Below are positions 9,185-16,511 of a stretch of 24,657 nucleotides of DNA, one piece after another (position 1 is the stretch's first letter; the number at the start of each line of letters is the position of its first letter). Made by a program: the position numbers and the translations under genes. The DNA is from an uncultured bacterium (lineage in GTDB: Bacteria > Muiribacteriota > Ozemobacteria > Ozemobacterales > Ozemobacteraceae), in assembly GCA_964569565.1 (NCBI GenBank), contig CAZMWO010000006.1, forward strand, positions 1-24,657. Direction: 5' to 3'. A model generated the notes under the pieces. That model did not search any database. It was not told the origin of the DNA and was given only the letters and a program-made list of their open reading frames with translations.

Positions 9185-9773
9185 TCTGCAGCCATGCTTC
9201 GGCTTCAGACAGCATCTGCGGGGTGTTGAGGTTTCTGGTGATCCACATGTCATCGGTCAGCAGGTATCGAATTCGATTCGGGTAAAGCTGCAGCAGCTTC
9301 TTGGCGCCTTCGTCGAGACCGATGTTAAAAAACTCGCGGCAACACCAGCCGGGAAAAATGGTCGGGTGCCCGCGGTGCTCTCCGTCAGAAGGCACTGCAA
9401 TAAATTCTTTTCCGGTCTGCCATAACTCGATCAGCCGGCTGACAGTATCACCGGCAATCATCGGGTGATCTACCGGCCACAACAGCTTTGCAGCATCGTC
9501 GTGACAATATTGCAGGGCTATTCTTATTGAGCTGAGCGGGCCCTGTTCGGGCTGCGGGTTGACCAGCCAGACGCCGCCGCTACTTTTGACAAGTGCTTTG
9601 GCTGCGCTGTCGTTTTCCTGGCCGACGAAGAGAAGGTGGCGAAAATGGCTGCGACAGCCCGTCAGCTTGCCGCTGATGATCTCGAGAAAAGTGCGGCCAC
9701 CCAGGCTGGTATGCTGTTTCAGCTGTCCCATCCGCCGCGAAAAACCTGCCAGCAATATCAGCGCATCGAGCAT
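9168..9773 (-). CDS. MobA/MocA-like nucleotidyltransferase (molybdenum cofactor cytidylyltransferase-like)
   Basis: N-terminal LILLAGFSRRMG…K, then GPLSSIR, VDHP, RGHPTIF, DEGAK and NLNTP motifs typical of the NTP_transf_3/MocA group; Shine-Dalgarno GGAAGGGG. Converges on and overlaps the phosphatase gene by 17 nt. Confidence 0.85.
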   Translation of the reverse strand: MLDALILLAGFSRRMGQLKQHTSLGGRTFLEIISGKLTGCRSHFRHLLFVGQENDSAAKALVKSSGGVWLVNPQPEQGPLSSIRIALQYCHDDAAKLLWPVDHPMIAGDTVSRLIELWQTGKEFIAVPSDGEHRGHPTIFPGWCCREFFNIGLDEGAKKLLQLYPNRIRYLLTDDMWITRNLNTPQMLSEAEAWLQINQAR

Positions 9774-9798
9774 CGTCTACCCCCTTCCATGGCAGCTG

Positions 9799-9827
9799 AT
9801 TATAAGGCTAAATTGCGAACAGGTAAA
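9799..9827 (-). promoter_or_regulatory. sigma70-type promoter for the nucleotidyltransferase gene
   Basis: Minus strand reads TTTACC (9827-9822), 17 nt, TATAAT (9804-9799). Confidence 0.6.
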
Positions 9828-9908
9828 GTCGGACAGGATTTTCGTATTGCGTATCGCAGGTAAACCTGTTATATCTGACACATATCAGCTTCAGGGAGGC
9901 CTTTTAAA

Positions 9909-11189
9909 GTGGATCTTAAAAAAATCATTCCAGTTGAAGCAAAGACGCTTCATGACCTGAAAATAGACCCCGAAATCATCACCGATCTCATCATCAAAGA
10001 GCTTTTTGTGCATGGCAAAAAGGTGCCGCGCCGGCTGGCCAAGGATCTTAAGATCAACATAGAGATCGTTCAGTCAATAATCAGTGAGCTCAAGAAACTT
10101 GAAATCGTCGGCATGGTCGGTGGTTCGGGCATGGGTTCCGATTATCAGTATGGGCTTTACCCCAAGGGAACCGAGCGCGCCCGCAACATTCTCGATCGTG
10201 ACAAGTATCTTGGTGCGGCTCCGGTCAGCTTTGACGAGTATATCAGGATAACCCGCACGGCCCTCGACGAAGGCAAACAGGGATTTGCAATCAACCGCAA
10301 ACTGATGGAAGAGAAGTTCTCGCATCACCTCGGGTATAAAGATGTCCTGTTTCAGATCGGTCAGGCAGTCTGCGCACGCAAGCCCGCCTTTGTCTACGGT
10401 TTCCCCGGCAACGGTAAAACCTTCCTGTGCAGCTCGGTAGTTAAGTTGCTGCCGCCGATGATCGTTCCATACGCCGTTGAGGTCAGCAACCAGCTGGTCA
10501 GAGTTTTCGACCCGAGCTGCCATGTGCCTATCGAAGGAATAGATCTTGAAGGCTACGATGAAAGATGGGTTGCGGTTAATCCGCCATTGATCACCGCCGG
10601 CGGCGAACTGACTCTCGAAGACCTTGAAGTCAAATACAATTCCAAGTTTGGCTGTTTCGATGCGCCGCCACAGGTTAAAGCGACCGGCGGTGTTCTGCTC
10701 ATCGACGACCTTGGTCGCCAGCGCTGCGGCGTCGAAGAAATCTTCAACCGCTTTATCATTCCGCTCGAAAACAAGGTTGACTATCTGGTTCTTGGCGGTC
10801 AGCGCATGGAAGTGCCGACCGACGAAATCGTCCTGTTCTCGACCAACCTTGACCCGATGAAAATCGTTGATGACGCGTTTCTGCGCCGTCTGCCATACAA
10901 GATAAACGTTCGTAACCCAACTGTAGAAGAATATACCGACATCTGGAAATCTACGATTACCAAACTCGGGCTGCAGTTCAACGAAAAGAACATCGAAGAT
11001 GTTCTCGCTATTTATAAACGCGACAAGAGAGGCTTGCGGGCCGTACATCCGCGTGATATCCTCAACATCATCCGCGATCGCAAGAGGTATCTTGAAGATC
11101 CCAACACCGCGATCACGTCTGATGAGGTGGCTGAAGCATACGGAATCTACTTTGTCAGAGATCTTACTCTGGTTGAAACTATAGAATAA
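9909..11189 (+). CDS. AAA+ family ATPase of unknown function
   Basis: Walker A GFPGNGKT, Walker B LLIDD, sensor-1 region FSTNLDP and arginine-finger region AFLRRL; N-terminal helix-turn-helix-like region; GTG start with GGGAGG Shine-Dalgarno. Confidence 0.9.
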   Translation: MDLKKIIPVEAKTLHDLKIDPEIITDLIIKELFVHGKKVPRRLAKDLKINIEIVQSIISELKKLEIVGMVGGSGMGSDYQYGLYPKGTERARNILDRDKYLGAAPVSFDEYIRITRTALDEGKQGFAINRKLMEEKFSHHLGYKDVLFQIGQAVCARKPAFVYGFPGNGKTFLCSSVVKLLPPMIVPYAVEVSNQLVRVFDPSCHVPIEGIDLEGYDERWVAVNPPLITAGGELTLEDLEVKYNSKFGCFDAPPQVKATGGVLLIDDLGRQRCGVEEIFNRFIIPLENKVDYLVLGGQRMEVPTDEIVLFSTNLDPMKIVDDAFLRRLPYKINVRNPTVEEYTDIWKSTITKLGLQFNEKNIEDVLAIYKRDKRGLRAVHPRDILNIIRDRKRYLEDPNTAITSDEVAEAYGIYFVRDLTLVETIE

Positions 11190-11203
11190 TTGACAACTGC
11201 AGT

Positions 11204-11243
11204 GGCGGCAGGTTGGCGCAAGGCTTTCCTGCCGCCTTTTTCT
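11204..11243 (+). terminator. Intrinsic terminator after the AAA+ ATPase
   Basis: GGCGGCAGG (11204-11212) pairs with CCTGCCGCC (11228-11236) around a 15-nt loop, followed by TTTTT. Confidence 0.7.
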
Positions 11244-11269
11244 AAATTTTATAACGGGAAGCTGCTCTA

Positions 11270-12142
11270 TTGAACTGGCTGTTCTTTTTTACCGTGTGTT
11301 TTTCCGGTCTGCTGACCGGTTTTGGCGCCTGGCTGGTGGCGCCTGACAGCAACCCATGGAATCTTGTTGAAAATTTTCAGGCCGGATTGCTGGTAACCGG
11401 TGTGTTCTGCGGTTTGTTCAGCGGTCTGGTGTCTTCGCTGCCGATCATCTTTATGGAGCGCAGATTCACCAAGGCTGGTGCCTGCTGGATATCAGCGACA
11501 TCGATCGGTTTGTCGATAACCATGCTCGGTGCTGTCGTATTCGCAATAATAGGAGACTTCACCAGTTCCCTCGTCTTATTGCCGACCGGAGTAATGCGGT
11601 TTTTCTGGTGGCTGTTTCTGTCGGTGTGCCTTGCCGCCAGTTTCGGTGTTCTGCATAACAGCTTCAAAATCATGTGTCGCACCCTGATGGGGCTGACGCC
11701 GGCTTTCATTATCGCCGGGGCGTCAATCGACCGCTTCATTCACCATCATCTGCTTCTGTCATTTTTGTTTCTCGGTTCGATGATTGGTTTTGGTTTCGCT
11801 CTGGCCTGGGAACTACTCAAGGAAAGCTGGCTCGATGAAGAACGCGGCCGTTTTGTCACATTCCGTTACTACATCGACGGTTCTGAATTCCTTGCCGGAG
11901 CCGCCGATGAGTGCGATCTGACGCTGCCAGAAGGCCCGCAGCATCTGTTTGCGATAAACGAAAAAGATGGAATTCACGTGCTCGAAGTTCTCGAAGACGA
12001 GCACCTGGTGAAAATTAATCGCACGGCCCTGCGTTACCGCACTCTGGTTGATGGTGATACCATAAGTGTTGGCGGTCGTGTTTTTGTTTACCATTCCCGT
12101 CTGGCGCGAACGCGAGACGTGCTGCCGGAAGCAGTTGCCTGA
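11270..12142 (+). CDS. Polytopic membrane protein with a C-terminal degenerate FHA-like domain
   Basis: About 6-7 Gly-rich hydrophobic segments in the first 185 aa; C-terminal AGAADECDLTL…LVDGDTISVGGRVFVY matches the FHA beta-sandwich pattern. TTG start is uncertain. Confidence 0.75.
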   Translation: MNWLFFFTVCFSGLLTGFGAWLVAPDSNPWNLVENFQAGLLVTGVFCGLFSGLVSSLPIIFMERRFTKAGACWISATSIGLSITMLGAVVFAIIGDFTSSLVLLPTGVMRFFWWLFLSVCLAASFGVLHNSFKIMCRTLMGLTPAFIIAGASIDRFIHHHLLLSFLFLGSMIGFGFALAWELLKESWLDEERGRFVTFRYYIDGSEFLAGAADECDLTLPEGPQHLFAINEKDGIHVLEVLEDEHLVKINRTALRYRTLVDGDTISVGGRVFVYHSRLARTRDVLPEAVA

Positions 12143-12148
12143 ACTGAT

Positions 12149-12877
12149 CTAAAAAGCGGACTGGGGTGCCTTAACCGGGTCGGGCCTTTTTTCGTCCATT
12201 ATCAGCGACATGATCCAGTCAAGGCATTCAAGGGTCATGATCAGCCCTTTTTTTACATTCAGCCTGATGCTGCCTTTTTTGCCGACATTGATGGTGAGCG
12301 GGCCAAGCGGTGTGTCAATAAGACCGGCAACAGATTCTATGCCATGGTTGCGCGGGTCGACGATGTTATACTCGGTATAGCTTTCCATGTGGCCGGCCAG
12401 TCGTGCGCGTCTGACTTCCTTTTCCTTCGGGTTGGTGACGACTATCGTTTTTATTCGTGTCATGCGTTCCTGCAGCATGCTCAGATGGTTGAACTCAAAC
12501 TCGATGAGATCGACATGCACGCCGGTAACTGCGGCCATCGCTGCGCCCAGCAGTTTCTGCGGCCCGGGTTTGCCAAAAGAATACATGCCCTTTTCGCTGA
12601 TGATGAACTCGCAGCTTTCGATGCGCTTGAAAAGAGTTTTGGTAGTGATTCCCTCGACGAGATGCTCGATTTCAAAAGGCACTACTACCGAATAAAATCC
12701 GCGCATAACCGAGTTCTCGCAGTCGCAGTCATGAAAACCCGGCATTTCACTGTCGAGTTCGAACTGATCTCCATTCTGCATCACCTGGTTGAAGGTCGCC
12801 GTAACGTCTTCGAACCTGGTTCCCCAGCATTTGAGTGAAATTGACGAGCCGGTAATTTCGATTTCGTTAATCAGCAT
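12149..12877 (-). CDS. Hypothetical cytoplasmic protein (242 aa)
   Basis: Start moved to ATG 12877 (GGAGGG Shine-Dalgarno and promoter upstream; the longer ORF runs through the divergent promoter region). No family recognised. Confidence 0.75.
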   Translation of the reverse strand: MLINEIEITGSSISLKCWGTRFEDVTATFNQVMQNGDQFELDSEMPGFHDCDCENSVMRGFYSVVVPFEIEHLVEGITTKTLFKRIESCEFIISEKGMYSFGKPGPQKLLGAAMAAVTGVHVDLIEFEFNHLSMLQERMTRIKTIVVTNPKEKEVRRARLAGHMESYTEYNIVDPRNHGIESVAGLIDTPLGPLTINVGKKGSIRLNVKKGLIMTLECLDWIMSLIMDEKRPDPVKAPQSAF

Positions 12878-12909
12878 TTTTATCCCTCCGGTTGTGCAGT
12901 TGAAGTTGT

Positions 12910-12938
12910 ATTTTAATGCAGCACGCTCGACAATACAA
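12910..12938 (-). promoter_or_regulatory. sigma70-type promoter for the 242-aa hypothetical gene
   Basis: Minus strand reads TTGTAT (12938-12933), 17 nt, TAAAAT (12915-12910). Confidence 0.55.
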
Positions 12939-12958
12939 TATTTTTGGCAGTCTCGGGT

Positions 12959-12987
12959 TTTACATTTGCCGGCTGCTATGGTACAGT
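12959..12987 (+). promoter_or_regulatory. sigma70-type promoter (with extended -10) for the exported protein / DUF5693-CsaB operon
   Basis: TTTACA (12959-12964), 17 nt, TACAGT (12982-12987) preceded by TG-G. Confidence 0.55.
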
Positions 12988-13019
12988 TGGGCGACGTCAG
13001 ACAGGGAGGGAGTGATTGC

Positions 13020-13421
13020 ATGCACAAAATTTCCAGGCAGATTCTGCTGCTGGCGACTATTGTCGTCTTTGCCGCAGTTCATATGGCCGGAGCGCAGAGT
13101 CCCGGCACGGTCGCAGATCCACTGATTTCCAGGAGTTTTGTCGATCATTTTCTCAAATTCCGTTCGATCATGCTGCCGGCTGATTCTACGGTGAACCCGC
13201 AGCCGGGTACTATGCTGATCGTACGCTCAGGTCAGCTCAGACTCGAAGCGCCGAAGGGAAAGACCGTCATCGATCTGACTGCCGGCCGCGAGATTGCAGG
13301 CGGCAACGATCTGCCGCATAACCACCTGATAATTGTTCCGGATACCGGCGAGTATGTTCTTAAGGCGCGCAAAGCGACCATGCTGCTGGCGTCGCATCTC
13401 ATGGAAGAGAAAGAACTCTGA
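13020..13421 (+). CDS. Small exported hypothetical protein (133 aa, signal peptide)
   Basis: ATG 13020 after GGGAGGGAG; basic N-terminus, hydrophobic core and AGA cleavage motif; mature part carries PGTVADPLISRSFVD and DLTAG…PHNHLIIVP. Confidence 0.8.
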   Translation: MHKISRQILLLATIVVFAAVHMAGAQSPGTVADPLISRSFVDHFLKFRSIMLPADSTVNPQPGTMLIVRSGQLRLEAPKGKTVIDLTAGREIAGGNDLPHNHLIIVPDTGEYVLKARKATMLLASHLMEEKEL

Positions 13422-13424
13422 TCG

Positions 13425-16400
13425 ATGAGATTTTTTCGTAAGATTCCGGCGTTCTGGTTGATTCTGCTGCCGCTGCTGATTCCGGGCATGCTGGTGGCGG
13501 TATGGCGCTGTCTCTTTCGTAATGTCGCCGAACAACAGAACATTTATGTCGAAACTGTCGTCGACTTCGAAGAAATTCGCCAGCTGGCACGTGAAGAAGG
13601 CTGGGTGCTGCGCGAACTTTTCGCGGCCCTGCGTGCCAATGGGGCCAGTTCAGTGGCAGTATCCGAAGACACACTCGCTTCGCTGGAGTCAGAAGGCCGT
13701 ATCACGGTAATGAACAGCAAGGAGATTCGTAAACTCTCGCTCGACGAAGGTCTGGAACAGGATCTTCCGGCCGGAGCCCGTTCGCCGGGTGCCTTGTGGG
13801 TGCATTCAGAAGACACTGCGTTGCTTGACCGCATCGAACAGCACCTTTCCTGGAAACTCGCTGCCGATAAACTCATGCGGATTCATCGTAACCTGCTCAT
13901 CATCAGCAAATCGAGCCAGGGTTTTCGCGAACGGGTGGGCCTGGGTTTCTCTTCTGAATATTTTCAGATGGCGCATGAGGCTGGGCTTGGCCTGGTTGTG
14001 CGCGTATTCAATTACCCTGGCCTCACTGCCGATGCCGCTGCCAGTATTATCAATTCGATTCCTTCGCCGGCCTCAGTCTCGGCATTGCTTTTTGCCGAAG
14101 AAGAGATGCTTGGTGTGCGCGGCGAACTCAAGCCGATTATCGAGCAGTTTCGCAACCGCTCTTACCGTATCGGCTGGGTCGAATTCAACATTCAGGAAGG
14201 TATCGAGGCCTATCTCAAAGGTCTGGCGGCAACCCGGCCATTCGTGCGCGTTCACAGCATAACCCGCAAGGAAGTTGATCAGGTCTATAACGTACGTCGT
14301 TCGGTCGCCCGCTGGGTGCGCGCGGTCAAGGACAGAAGCATGAAAATGCTTTATATCAGGTGCTTTTTTCAAGATGACAAAAAGTTTATAGAGAATCTGG
14401 TCAGGTTCAATCTTGATTATGTTTTCCAGACTGCTAAGGCTCTTGAAGCCTCCGGTTACCGGATTGCCCATAATGAAAGTCAGCGCATGCATGATCCCCG
14501 TCACATGGTTGGCCGCATGAGTTCCTTTGAAATGTTGGCCATAGGACTTTCGCTGCTGCTCAGTCTGTTGATTCTTCTTCGCATCAGCTTTTTTCCAGAT
14601 CTCGACGAACGCTGGTGCTTTGTTGCTTTTGCCTCTGCCATCGCAGGCTTCTTTCTGCTGCCGGCACAGTTTTTTATTGCTATAACCGGATTGATAGGTG
14701 CAGTTTCCTGTTCATGCGCCGGCATCATCTGGGCCATGCAGAGCCTGCGTGATCCCGAAAGCCGCTCGTTCTGGCAGATTATTCCCGGATTTGTCTGCCG
14801 CCAGCTATTGCCTTCTCTTCTGGGAGGCGTGCTGATTGCCGGCATTTATTCAGAGGTCGAGTATCTGCTGCGCTTTGAGCAGTTTCGCGGCATCAAGCTG
14901 GCCTTCATTCTGCCGCTGCTGTTCGCCGGGTTATGGTCTCTGCGCGCTTATGGCCGTGGAATTCTGACTCTGCTGCACCGGCCGGTCAACCCGATCGGGG
15001 TATTCATGCTTTCTGCTCTGGCGGCGGGTACAATTCTTTATCTGCTGCGCTCCGGCAATGTAACTTTTCTCAAGCCTTCTGAGATCGAAGACATGTTTCG
15101 CACATTTCTTGAGAATACACTGGTGGCGAGGCCCCGTAATAAAGAGTTTCTCATCGGATATCCGGCAGCTCTTCTTTTCTTGTTTTTCTATCTGCGCCGT
15201 AATTTCACCATTCTTCCGGTTTTTGCAGTTTTTATGCAGATGGGTCAGGTATCGGTCGTTAATTCAATGTGTCATTTCCATACCCCGCTGCAGTTGAGTC
15301 TGCTGAGAATTTTTAACGGCTTCTGGCTTGGCGTCGCGCTTGGGCTGGTCGCAGTTCTTCTGCTGGCTGTAGGCAGACTGCTGGCCATGCCTGGGTCTGA
15401 AAAGCAGAAAAGTGTGCTGCTTATCGGTTATTTCGGCTTCGGTAATCTTGGTGACGAGTTGCTATGGAAGACTTTCACCCATCGCTTTCTCGAAGATTTC
15501 ACTGATTATCGTATCGTGCTTCTGCACAGCGGTCGCAATATTCCGCCAGATAACGCACGTCTTTCCATTGTCAGACGCCGCGCTCCGCTGCAGATTCTTG
15601 AAGAGATTCTGACCTGTGAGGCGGTTGTAATACCAGGCGGCGGCCTGTTGCAGTCTTCGACCAGCCTGCGCAGTCTCGTTTACTACCTGGCTCTGCTGAC
15701 GCTCGCACGTCTCGCCGGTGCCCGTGTCATTCTGCCAGCCCAGGGTCTGGGCCCCTTTAAACAGGAGGGCAGGTTTGCCGGTGCCGTTAACAGATGGCTT
15801 GCCGGCGAACTTGAACAGGCAGAGTATATCAGCCTGCGCGATGCCGAATCGGCCACAGTTCTCGCAGAAATAAGCGGAATCAGTGACGCGCCGGTGACTG
15901 CCGACCTGGCATTCTTGAGCGATGCACCCCTGCTGGCAAAAGCGGCAAAAGGCATTGAACTGCCAAAAGTATATGCGATTCTGCGTGGAACTGTTTCTGG
16001 TGCCGATCGGATTGCAGAAGACCTCGTCAGCATGCATGATGAATTCGAGAACTTTGAGCTTTGTCCCGCCGCTCTGCAACCTGGCGAAGACGATAAGCTG
16101 TGGCGGCAGGCCGAATGGTCTGGCAAAGTTTTTTGCACTGCCAATCCTGAGAATCTGCTCGCTGATGCTGAACTGGTCGTCTCGATGCGTTTGCATGGCT
16201 GTATCCTCGCCACTTTAGCCGGTATTCCATGGGTCGGACTTGCTTATGATCCCAAAGTGAGTTCGTTTGCCCGTGCCTGCCGCTGGAAATTCTGCGCTAC
16301 GCCTGCTGATGCCGGCAAAGAATGGCTGGTGGCGGCCATCAATCAGCTGCTCTCCAGAAAAGCGGAGTATGTGGACCGGCTAAATCGTATCACCGGCGAA

Positions 16401-16457
16401 AACCGTCGCAAAGCCGAAGAAGATTATAACCGGGTCAAAAAACTCTTCACCGCCTGA
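13425..16457 (+). CDS. csaB: Fusion of a DUF5693-type membrane protein (about aa 1-655) and a CsaB-type polysaccharide pyruvyl transferase (about aa 663-1010)
   Basis: N-terminal part: RVHSIT, RAVKDRSMKMLYIR, FRGIKL, RPRNKEFLIGYP and GQVSVVNSMCHFHTP. C-terminal part: GYFGFGNLGDELL, GGGLLQSSTS, SLRDAES, TADLAF, MRLHGCILA and YDPKV. One uninterrupted frame. Confidence 0.85.
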   Translation: MRFFRKIPAFWLILLPLLIPGMLVAVWRCLFRNVAEQQNIYVETVVDFEEIRQLAREEGWVLRELFAALRANGASSVAVSEDTLASLESEGRITVMNSKEIRKLSLDEGLEQDLPAGARSPGALWVHSEDTALLDRIEQHLSWKLAADKLMRIHRNLLIISKSSQGFRERVGLGFSSEYFQMAHEAGLGLVVRVFNYPGLTADAAASIINSIPSPASVSALLFAEEEMLGVRGELKPIIEQFRNRSYRIGWVEFNIQEGIEAYLKGLAATRPFVRVHSITRKEVDQVYNVRRSVARWVRAVKDRSMKMLYIRCFFQDDKKFIENLVRFNLDYVFQTAKALEASGYRIAHNESQRMHDPRHMVGRMSSFEMLAIGLSLLLSLLILLRISFFPDLDERWCFVAFASAIAGFFLLPAQFFIAITGLIGAVSCSCAGIIWAMQSLRDPESRSFWQIIPGFVCRQLLPSLLGGVLIAGIYSEVEYLLRFEQFRGIKLAFILPLLFAGLWSLRAYGRGILTLLHRPVNPIGVFMLSALAAGTILYLLRSGNVTFLKPSEIEDMFRTFLENTLVARPRNKEFLIGYPAALLFLFFYLRRNFTILPVFAVFMQMGQVSVVNSMCHFHTPLQLSLLRIFNGFWLGVALGLVAVLLLAVGRLLAMPGSEKQKSVLLIGYFGFGNLGDELLWKTFTHRFLEDFTDYRIVLLHSGRNIPPDNARLSIVRRRAPLQILEEILTCEAVVIPGGGLLQSSTSLRSLVYYLALLTLARLAGARVILPAQGLGPFKQEGRFAGAVNRWLAGELEQAEYISLRDAESATVLAEISGISDAPVTADLAFLSDAPLLAKAAKGIELPKVYAILRGTVSGADRIAEDLVSMHDEFENFELCPAALQPGEDDKLWRQAEWSGKVFCTANPENLLADAELVVSMRLHGCILATLAGIPWVGLAYDPKVSSFARACRWKFCATPADAGKEWLVAAINQLLSRKAEYVDRLNRITGENRRKAEEDYNRVKKLFTA

Positions 16458-16460
16458 CAT

Positions 16461-16498
16461 AAAATAAAACCGCCGGAGCCTGTGTTGGCCCCGGCGGT
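16461..16498. terminator. Hairpin terminator between the convergent DUF5693-csaB and ahcY genes
   Basis: ACCGCCGG (16469-16476) pairs with CCGGCGGT (16491-16498); the minus strand continues TTTTATTTT (ahcY terminator) and the plus strand continues AT-rich. Confidence 0.75.
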
Positions 16499-16511
16499 AT
16501 TATAATTTAGT

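Noticed and set aside
10074-11048. 324-aa antisense ORF over the AAA+ ATPase
   Set aside because: It lies fully opposite a gene with intact catalytic motifs, has no recognisable motifs, and is typical of shadow ORFs produced by codon bias.
12155-12195. Possible terminator within the 3' end of the 242-aa gene
   Set aside because: A and T runs flank the segment but the stem is short and bulged, and the sequence is coding on the minus strand.
12789-13027. Long N-terminal extensions of the two divergent ORFs (12789 plus, 13027 minus), which would overlap head-to-head
   Set aside because: Internal ATGs at 12877 (minus) and 13020 (plus) have strong SD motifs, and the intervening DNA holds both promoters.
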